Shown here piece by piece: positions 28,185 to 36,633 of a DNA stretch of 64,000 nt. The notes under the pieces were generated by a model that searched no databases, had not been told where the DNA came from, and saw nothing but the letters and a program-made list of their open reading frames with translations. Every line of letters begins with the position of its first letter. Positions within the stretch are counted from its first letter, which is position 1. The stretch is from Candidatus Latescibacterota bacterium. GTDB taxonomy: Bacteria; Latescibacterota; UBA2968; UBA8231. The position numbers and the translations under genes were made by a program. The stretch is taken from positions 4,032,001-4,096,000 of the forward strand of contig OZ242005.1 of assembly GCA_965204725.1 (NCBI GenBank), written 5' to 3'.

Positions 28185-30419
28185 TCAATACGCGACCCCG
28201 ACAATCCCCAACCGCTTTTCCTCGCCGGTCCCCGCATCCAACGCAACAGAAAAGATATAGTGCCCCGGCGGGACTGCGTCGTCCGCATCGTCGCGCCCGT
28301 CCCAAAAGCGGGGGAATCGACCGCTCATATCCAAGCCTTCGTACAGGGTGCGGACCAACCGGCCACTCAAATCGTAGATCCGGAGCCGCACCCGGGTTGG
28401 GTGGGCGATATTGGTTATATCGTAGGTAATGGCCGTGCGCTCGTTGGCCCCGTCGCCATTGGGGGTAAAAACGCCGGGGACGGCCGCCACATTCACGAGC
28501 AGCTCGTCGGTGATCGGCACGTTGACAAAGAGGTTTTCTGGATCGAGAGTGCCCACGGCTCGGCGATCGGGATCATCCAGACCCTCCCGACTCAAATCCG
28601 CTGCATTACCCGCCAACACTACTTGACCCAGCACTGCGTTGTCGGCGTTGAGTGCCCGGCCGGCAAAGCGAGTCCCCAAGCGCAGGACCGTATTCTCAAA
28701 TTCTAAGGTCAAAAGAGCTCCATCCTCCGCAATCCGCTCAAAGGCCATGACAAAGCCGTCGTCGCGCACTGCCACCACGCTAAAACCGTTTTGCTCGACC
28801 GGGAGAGCCGCGAGGGACGAGCCGGAAAAATCCGCCGCTTCTGCCGTGCCATCGGGCCGGCGTATTTCCACTCGGCCAATCGACGCGGTGCGCAGCGGGG
28901 TGCTGATTTCAAAGCGGTCAAAGCCCGCGTTCTGGGCCGTGGATTTGACCAAGACGCTGTAGGTGAAGCGGGTGGCTTGGCCCAAAATGGCGGTGCGGGG
29001 CAGAATCTCGGCGATGAGGGAGTCGGCAAATACCGGCCGGAAAACATCCCAAGCCACCCCGCCGATGCCAGTCGCGGCATCGACCTCCGCGTTGAAGAAT
29101 TCGAGCATGACTTGAAAATAGCGCCGCGGGCTAGGCGACACGATCAGCGCTCCCGCTCCTTGGACCTGAAGTTGGTCTGGGGCGACAATACCCTCGGGCG
29201 AATAGGGGGGCGACCACGGGCTCCAGTTGGTTAGGTCGTCGCGAATCACCGATTTTTGGCCGCTCGCCAGCTTGTTGTAAGCCGCCTCGTCGAGGGTGAT
29301 CTGGGACCGCTGTGCAAAAGGCAACTGACCAAACGTCAAAAGTGCCTCGCGCCCGTCCATCTCTTCGTTGTCGAGGACATTGGCGATCAGACTTTTGAGT
29401 TCGCTGTCTTCTACGTCTTCGGCTCGCTGCCAAGGCGCGTTGATGGGGATGTCGAAAACCGTATCGCCCCGCTGTTCAACCCGGCCCGAGGATTGCTTGC
29501 CGACCCGAGTGAACTCGACCGGCTGGGGATCATCCCCACTGCGGGTGCGGACCAGCACCCTAGAGCGAGTTGGATCGCCCACCTGCTCTTCGAGCCAGCG
29601 CAAGCGGCCCAAAAGCGCTTGGTCGCCAAAATCGAATACATTGGAAATGTACACGGCCTGCGGCACAAACCCCTCGCTAAACACTTGGAACTCGGCGATC
29701 TCAAAATCTGCGGCCGTCAGGGACTTGAGCCGCAAAAAGCGCACGAAGCGAGTGGGAATTCGCACATCCACCACCGCTTCTTGGTTTTGCCCCTCAAAGG
29801 CGACCGTTTCCCAGATTAGACTGCCCTCGCGGCGCGATTCGGGTCGGCCATCGTTGACGAAAATTTCGTAGCCCTTCAAAAAGTCGTCTTGGGACTGGAA
29901 ATCCGGGGCCGGAAAGGCCGGGTCGGCATTGCGGGGGAAAAATTTGAACCGATTGACGCCAAAGATGGCCCCCAAGTCGAACTCGATGAGGAGGCCAAAG
30001 GCCCCGGTGCCCCCGGTGCCCGAGGATTTCACTGCCAAGGCGGTATTGCCGTCGTCGTCGAACATCTGGGGAAAGTCGGCTTCGAGAAACCGAAAGGAGG
30101 GGATGGGCGTAAGGACGCTGCCCCCGCGTTCCTTAGAATTGACGCCGATCAATATGTTGTCCGTGGTATCGGCCTGCTGCGGAAAGATCCATTGGGCGCG
30201 GTCAACGGGCGCAAAGTCAATGACGCCGCCGGGCGTATTGGACTGATCAACGGTCGCCGGGTCGAGGATGACGAGCGCTGGAATCGCCCCACCGCCACTC
30301 TCCCAAGACAACCCCCCCTCGCCCCCTAGCTGGACGACCTCCAGTTCGGCGTCAACAGGTACACTCAATGCTCCGAGCACTGAGAACAGGATAAGCACCC
30401 TATGGATCATGGTTGGCAT
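28185..30419 (-). CDS. Secreted protein with discoidin-like N-region and FlgD-Ig / T9SS type-B-like CTD (paralogue 2)
   Basis: Signal peptide; FDLG, EIAEFQVFSEGF, SPSPRRYFQ; C-terminus FTPNGDGANE..YDLSGRLVRTL..WDGRD..PPGHY..VAY. Confidence 0.75.
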   Translation of the reverse strand: MPTMIHRVLILFSVLGALSVPVDAELEVVQLGGEGGLSWESGGGAIPALVILDPATVDQSNTPGGVIDFAPVDRAQWIFPQQADTTDNILIGVNSKERGGSVLTPIPSFRFLEADFPQMFDDDGNTALAVKSSGTGGTGAFGLLIEFDLGAIFGVNRFKFFPRNADPAFPAPDFQSQDDFLKGYEIFVNDGRPESRREGSLIWETVAFEGQNQEAVVDVRIPTRFVRFLRLKSLTAADFEIAEFQVFSEGFVPQAVYISNVFDFGDQALLGRLRWLEEQVGDPTRSRVLVRTRSGDDPQPVEFTRVGKQSSGRVEQRGDTVFDIPINAPWQRAEDVEDSELKSLIANVLDNEEMDGREALLTFGQLPFAQRSQITLDEAAYNKLASGQKSVIRDDLTNWSPWSPPYSPEGIVAPDQLQVQGAGALIVSPSPRRYFQVMLEFFNAEVDAATGIGGVAWDVFRPVFADSLIAEILPRTAILGQATRFTYSVLVKSTAQNAGFDRFEISTPLRTASIGRVEIRRPDGTAEAADFSGSSLAALPVEQNGFSVVAVRDDGFVMAFERIAEDGALLTLEFENTVLRLGTRFAGRALNADNAVLGQVVLAGNAADLSREGLDDPDRRAVGTLDPENLFVNVPITDELLVNVAAVPGVFTPNGDGANERTAITYDITNIAHPTRVRLRIYDLSGRLVRTLYEGLDMSGRFPRFWDGRDDADDAVPPGHYIFSVALDAGTGEEKRLGIVGVAY

Positions 30420-30599
30420 ATAGCCATCCTAAATGACTTGCAAGCATGTAGAGATGCTTCGACTTCGCTCCGCTGCGCTCAGCATGACACACAGACGGGG
30501 GCTTCGTCCCCCAAACCTTGTCATACTGAGCGCAGCGAAGTATCTCATACCCAAAACGCCATGCAGAACATCCCGTATGAAGGATGTAGGACGGCTATA
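30419..30599. mobile_element. MITE family C with an inverted pair of GTCAT-CTGAGCG-AGCGAAG palindromes
   Basis: TIR TATAGCCATCCTAAAT / ATGTAGGACGGCTATA; internal inverted units at about 30451-30489 and 30520-30546. Only one copy in the window. Confidence 0.65.
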
Positions 30600-30735
30600 T
30601 CTTCCGACGCCTCCTCTGCAAGGCAAGTAACTGTATGAAATACGAAAGGATACATCAACCAAAATCCAGCGACTACCCAAGCGCCCAAGATGGACAATAC
30701 CGCGTGTCTTCTCATATACTAACGGCTCGGTCTAA

Positions 30736-30836
30736 GTACGCGACACTTACTTTGAGTATGCCTTTTCTGCTGTTTCCGCTACGTCCGGGATCGAGGGCGT
30801 CCCGCCCTCGACGAGGGCAAGATGCCCTCGATCCTT
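30736..30836 (-). mobile_element. MITE family A, truncated copy
   Basis: GTACGCGACAC end plus the full paired hairpin; the other TIR is missing and the TPR gene start follows. Confidence 0.75.
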
Positions 30837-30849
30837 AGAAAGGCGATCC

Positions 30850-32352
30850 ATGGCCCGCTTTCACCGCCCCGGCCCTTGGCTGGGGGCCGCCCTTTGTCTC
30901 CTCCTCTGTACCTGTAGCCCCAAGGAGCGCAACTCCTTGGTCCGCGCCGGGATGTACGCCTTTGCTCAGGAGCGCTACAGCGAAGCCATCGTCGCCTTTC
31001 ACCAAGCGCTGGCCTCCCACGCCGACGATTACGAGGTCCACCACTATCTCGCCCGTTCTTACCTAGCGCTGGGCAAATTCCCCCAAGCCCTGCGGGCGAT
31101 CGAACACGCGATTGAACTCGCGCCGCAAGAAAACCAGACGCGGGCCGAGTTGTACGAAATTCTCGGCATCGTCCACACGGCCCGCTACACCTCCAGAGCG
31201 TATAGCCCCAACCAGCACCGCGATGTCCAAGCAGCGCGGGCCGCCTTTGAGCAATCGACCGCGCTCGACCCCCACCGCGCAACCGCGTACTACAACTTGG
31301 GCTTACTACACGGCTATCGCCAAGAAGTAGAGCAGGCCCAAGCCGCGTACACGGCGGCCTTGGCGGCCGATTCCACCTTGGCGCCAGCGCACAAGAAATT
31401 GGGCAAAATTCACCGGGAAAAGGGGTTCCCGTCCGCCGCGGCCCGCGCCTTCAAAAAAGCGGTGCGCTTCGACCCGCAAGACGCCGAAGCGCACTTTCTC
31501 TTGGGACTGGCCCAGCGCGACATCGGCGATAACGAGGCGGCTTTGGCGGCCCTCCTCAAGGCCACCGAGCTCAACCCCGACTCGCCCAAGCTCCGCCTCA
31601 ACCTCGGCAACGTCTATCTCCGCCTAGGCCGCGGCGAAGAGGGCAAGCGGGAAATGGCGCGCTCGGAAAGCCTGCGCCAGCAGCATCGGGGCCTACACTC
31701 GGAAATCTCCCGGCCAGCGCATCAATCGCTCCCCATTGGCTCGGCGCGGGATCACTACAACATGGGGTTGAAGCACCGGATGGCCGGCGAAATCGAGCAG
31801 GCTTTGTTGGAGTTTCGGCGCACGGTCGAAATCAAACCCGATCACAAAGACGCCCACATCGGCCTCGGCCTCCTCCTCGCCGAGCAAGGCCGGCAAAAAC
31901 AGGCGGCCCGGTATTTCCAGCGGGCCATTGAGTTGGAGCCAGAAAATCCCGTCCTGTACGTGCATCTGGGCAATGCTCACTATCAGGCGGGCTTCCTCGA
32001 AGGGGCGGCCCAAACCTTTGCCACGGCGAGCCAACTCGACACCTCCTTGGTCGAGCCTCCTTATATGCTCGGGTTGATCGCCGCCGAGCAGCACCAATTC
32101 AAAGCAGCCGCACGATTTTTTGCCCGCGCCACCAGCCTCGCCCCCCAATACGCCAAAGCTCACTTCAACTTAGGGGTAGCCCATGCCCAGCTCGGGGACT
32201 TTGCCGCGGCCCGCAGTGCGTACCAACGCTTTGTCGAGCTGGAGCCCGAAGATGGGCGCGGCCACCTCTACTTAGGCGATGCCTGCGAAGCACTCGGGCT
32301 GCTCGCAGAGAGTCAAAAGCATCGAGCGCGCGGTCAGCAGCTTTTGGAATGA
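30850..32352 (+). CDS. TPR repeat lipoprotein
   Basis: LLLCTC signal; TPR units (AYYNLG, AHFLLG, AHFNLG). Confidence 0.85.
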   Translation: MARFHRPGPWLGAALCLLLCTCSPKERNSLVRAGMYAFAQERYSEAIVAFHQALASHADDYEVHHYLARSYLALGKFPQALRAIEHAIELAPQENQTRAELYEILGIVHTARYTSRAYSPNQHRDVQAARAAFEQSTALDPHRATAYYNLGLLHGYRQEVEQAQAAYTAALAADSTLAPAHKKLGKIHREKGFPSAAARAFKKAVRFDPQDAEAHFLLGLAQRDIGDNEAALAALLKATELNPDSPKLRLNLGNVYLRLGRGEEGKREMARSESLRQQHRGLHSEISRPAHQSLPIGSARDHYNMGLKHRMAGEIEQALLEFRRTVEIKPDHKDAHIGLGLLLAEQGRQKQAARYFQRAIELEPENPVLYVHLGNAHYQAGFLEGAAQTFATASQLDTSLVEPPYMLGLIAAEQHQFKAAARFFARATSLAPQYAKAHFNLGVAHAQLGDFAAARSAYQRFVELEPEDGRGHLYLGDACEALGLLAESQKHRARGQQLLE

Positions 32353-32375
32353 GACGAGCGCTAATTAATAGATAG

Positions 32376-32483
32376 GTACACGACACCTGCTTTAAGTACG
32401 CCTTTTCTGCTGCTCCCGCTGCGTCCGGGATCGAGGGCGTCCCGCCCTCGATCTTTGGAAGGCTGACCGCTGGTGTCGTGTAG
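32376..32483 (-). mobile_element. MITE family A, internally deleted copy with a single hairpin
   Basis: TAG|GTACACGACAC...GTGTCGTGTAG|TAG, 3-bp target duplication. Confidence 0.78.
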
Positions 32484-32537
32484 TAGCCAGTCTTGAGCTG
32501 GTCCGCCCCCTACCGCGAATACGAACAATCAGACGTA

Positions 32538-34565
32538 TCATCGGCGCGGCGGCAACTCCGCTCCCCAGAGGGTGCGGTTCCCGTCGGCAATCCACTGACC
32601 GATCCGGACCCGGCCAATAGCGTAGTCGGGGAGTCGGACGATCGCGACACACTGATCGGCGACCTACACACGCGCTGTACGATCGAGCCAGTCGAAATGG
32701 AAGTCGAGGTTGTCAAAGCCGAACCGCCTGCGATGGGCTGGCAGGTCGGCCGGATCGACGGGAACGACGTGCAAAGTGAACTTCGCCTGCACGTCCGCCG
32801 GGGCGCACGGCTTTTTGAAGTAGGTCAGCTTGCGTCCATTGCGGTACACGTCCCAGCCGGAGCGAACCACCCGCTCGCCCGCCCATTCGAGGAGTTGCCG
32901 CACGTAGCGTTCCTGATAGCGTTCTTTCTGGGCGCGAAGCCTCGCCTCGTCAAACGGTTCGACCGCGGCCACGACCGTTACGCGAAATACCACGCCTTCG
33001 GGCGACTCGGCCACCGGCTCCACGCCGGGCAGGAAGCGAATGTCGAGGTCGTTGTAGTCATAAAGTCCAGACAGATAGTCGTCTTTGAACCAGACGATAT
33101 GTACTTCGTCGTCGTCCCGTTTGATCCACCGTTCCGCATACCGCGTCCAATCGCGTATCTCATTTGGAAGTTTGTTAATGGCGACGGTCCGACCGGCAAA
33201 CCAGACGAGGAACGGGTTGTTGCTGTAAATCCTGCCCTCAATGCGGTTGTCCCGGAGGTAATTCAGGGTCGCGGACTGTTGCCAATCGGCGGTGTTGTAC
33301 GCCCCGTCCTCTTGGTAGCCGGGTTCCAGTGCTTTGGCAGTGAGACGGAGGTTCCGGTGCGCCGAGAAGCCGGTGTGGGCAAAGACGCCCAGCAAGACGA
33401 GGGACGCCAGACCCCACTTGGCCGCCCCGCCCACCCGGCCCGCAACCTTGATGGACAGGAACCGATCCAGCAGCAACATTGCCGCCAACAGCAACGGCAC
33501 GTACACCGGCAGCAGGTAGCGGGCGGGGATTTCACGATTAACTGTGAAGGGCACAGCCGCGACTATGAATACGAGATAGGCCACGACGAATACCCCGAAT
33601 GGGAGCGCTGGCCCCAACCCGAAGGACGGCGTACCGCGACCCGACAGAACGACAACCACCACCATCGCCACAACAACCAGCCCGGTCGCTGCCCACAGGA
33701 GAGAACTGAACCAGTCCGGTGTGCTCAGCCCGGTCGTCCTCCACAGGAGATAAGCAAACCATTCCACCGCATCCCAGGGCATCACCCACGCCCGGAATAC
33801 ATCCGCCACTCGGCTCAGCCCATCGAACAGGGACTCCCCCGACCCGCTTCTCGGCCCAGTCAGGGTCCCGGAGATCGCCCAGTTGTGCGTTAGCACCCCC
33901 GCGAGAGGCAAGGATGAGACCGCCCCAAATACGATGGCGTCTTTCAACCGGGCGGCCAGCGGCGGGGCGCGACGTACCAGCAGCATGAGGATGCCGACGC
34001 CGATCAGCACCACGCCCGGATAACGGGTCAGCGCGGTCAGCGCGGTGAAAACCGCCGCCCACCACAGGGATGTCCTCACGCCGCGATGGAGGAAGGCCGC
34101 CAACCGGATCAAGGCGAGGATCGTCAACAGGACGAAGAGGGAGTCGGTCAAGAAGTTTGACGCGAAATCGCTCAAGGGCAGGGCAGCCAAGACAGCTAGG
34201 CTGGCGGCTAGGGCCAGCCCCCGCGACCGGAGATTCGAGTGTAGATACAGGCCGGCCGCCAAGATGGTCAACCCGAAGGCGGTGGCATTGACCAGCCGAC
34301 CTGCGGTCAGCGGATCGATGCCGACCCAACCGAGGGCCGCTAGCAGCAGGGGGAACAAGGGCGGCCAGCTCACCGGCGACCAGCCCGTGAAATCTCGCCA
34401 GCCCTCGCCCGCGAGGAAGTTTAGGGCCGTAGAAAGGAAAATCGTGGAATCCGTGCTGACCGTGGCGCCGTAGGTGGCGGTGCGGACGAGAATGTGCGCT
34501 GTCCCCAGCCCAGCGAGAACGACGATGATCAGGGCAAAGGGATCGCGCCCGAACCGGGCGATCAC
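32538..34565 (-). pseudogene. ArnT/PMT-like (GT-C) membrane glycosyltransferase, copy B, with in-frame TAG at 32664-32666
   Basis: GTG 34565; STDSTIFL..WPPLFP..TDSLF..TRYPG..RYLLP. After the TAG the same frame continues VADQCVAIVRLPDYAIGRVRIGQW..LWGAELPPRR to TGA 32538, matching the tail of copy A. Confidence 0.7.
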
Positions 34566-36557
34566 CGGCCCGCCGGAAACTCTGCTTCCCATAGGGTGCG
34601 GTCCTCTTTGGCAATCCACTGGCCGATATGGATGCGGCCGATGGCGTAGTCGGGGAGTTGGGCGATAGCGATACACTGGTCGCCGCGGCGGAAGCCGACC
34701 CACTCGAAATAGAAGTCGAGATTTTCAGAATCGTACTGTTGGCAATGGACTGGCAGGTCGGCTGGATCGACCGGAACGACGTGCAAAATGAACTTCGCCT
34801 GCACATCCGCAGGGGCGCACGGTTCTTTGAGGTAGATCAGCTTGCGTCCGTTACGGTACATAGCCGGCGCGGATCACCGGCTCGCCCGCCTGTTCGATGA
34901 GTTGGTCCACGTAGCGTTGTTTCCGGGCGCGATGCCAGTCCACATCGAAGGGTTCGAGGGCCGTTACGCGGAATACCACGCCGTCGACCAACTCGGCCAC
35001 AGGTTCCACCCCGGGCAGTAAGCGGATGTCGGAGTGGTCGAAGTCGTAAATAGACTTTTTGCCCCGGAGCCATACGATATACGGGGTGTCGTCATCGGTC
35101 GCCTCCAGTATGTACGACGTCATACGGTGAATCTCGGTCGGGAGAGACCGGTGCTTTCCCGGGGCCGCGGTCCGATCCCAAAACCAAGCAAGGGCGGAGT
35201 GGTTGCTGTAGATCCGGTCATCGTTACTAAAATTGGTCTTGGTGTAATTCAGGGTCTCGGAGGATTCCCAGTGGGAGCCATTGGATGTCCAGCTTAAAAA
35301 ACCGTCTCTCCATGCTTGGCGGGTAATATGGAGATTCCTGTGCGTCGAGAAGCCAATGTGGGCGAGGAACCCCAGCAAGACAAGGGACGCTAGCCCGTAC
35401 TGAGCGGCCACCATCCAGCCCGCCGCCTCAATGGACAGGAACCGATCCAGCAAGAACACCGCCGCCAACAACAGCGGCACATACACCGGCAGCAGATAGC
35501 GGGCGGGGATCTGAGACTGGATCACGAGAGGCACGATGGCGACTATGAATAGAAGGTAGGCTACGGCGAACCCCCCGAATGGGATAACCGGCCCCAACCC
35601 GCAGAGCGGCGACGCCGGCCGATCCTTCCCACCTGATCTTAAGCCGAGACCCGACCCCACGACGACCGCCCCCGCTGCCACCACCAGCCCGGCCGCGGTC
35701 CACAGGAGATAATCAAACCCGTCCGGCGCATTCGGGGGAATCACCCACGCCCGGCATACATCGGCCACTCGGCTCAGCACATCGGACAGGGACTGCCCCG
35801 ACTCTTTTCTGTACCCAGTCAGGGTTCCCGAGATCGCCCAGTTGTACGTCAGCACCCCCGCGAGGGGCGCGGATGAGACCGCCCCAAATACGACGGCGTC
35901 TTTCAACCGGGCGGCCAGCGGCAGGGTGCGTCCCATCAGCAGCAGCAGGACGCCGATGCCGATCAGGATCACGCCCGGATAGCGGGTCAGCGCGGCCAGT
36001 GCGGCAAAAACCGCGCCTAACAGCAGGGGTGTCCGCCCGCCGCGGTTGAAGAAGGCCGCCAACTGGATCAAGGCGAGGAGGGTGAATAAGACAAAGAGGG
36101 CGTCGGTCAAGAAGTAGGACGCGAACTCGCTCAAGGGCAGGGAGGCCGTGATGATCGCGGTGGCGGCCAGCGCCAACCCCCGCGACCGGAGATTGGAGCG
36201 CAGCCAGCATCCCGCGGCGAGGATGGTCAGCCCGAAGGCCGCGGCGTTGAGCAACCGACCCGCTTCCAGCGGATCGATGCCGACCCAACCGCTAGCCGCC
36301 AGCAACAGGGGGAACAAGGGCGGCCAGCCCGCCATCGACCCACCCCTGAAATCCCGCCAGCCCTCTCCTGCGAGGAAGTTTAGGGCCGTGGACAGAAGAA
36401 ACGTCGAGTCGTAGGTGACTGCCGCGCCGTAGGTGGCGGTGCGGACGAGGATGTGGGCGGTGCCCAAGATGGCGAGGACGACGATGAGCAGCGCGAAGGG
36501 ATCGCGCACTAACCGGGCCGTTCTCTCAAGGGCGGTGTGCGCCCACGCTGCCTTCAT
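34562..36557 (-). pseudogene. ArnT/PMT-like (GT-C) membrane glycosyltransferase, copy A, frameshifted near 34860
   Basis: ATG 36557; same motifs as copy B. GGC-TATG-TAC versus GGC-TGGGACGTG-TAC in copy B (5 nt shorter). The C-terminal domain continues in ORF 34562-34861. Confidence 0.7.
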
Positions 36558-36633
36558 CCGACCCTTCTTGAAACGCGCCACCGGCTACGTTGTCTATCGC
36601 GGAGTTCGGTTTGTAAAACGCTAGCACCATTGG

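Noticed and set aside
30429-30838. Several short ORFs
   Set aside because: They are largely translations of MITE C and MITE A sequence
32493-33893. 466-aa plus-strand ORF
   Set aside because: Antisense shadow of the GT-C gene in high-GC DNA, with no recognisable motifs
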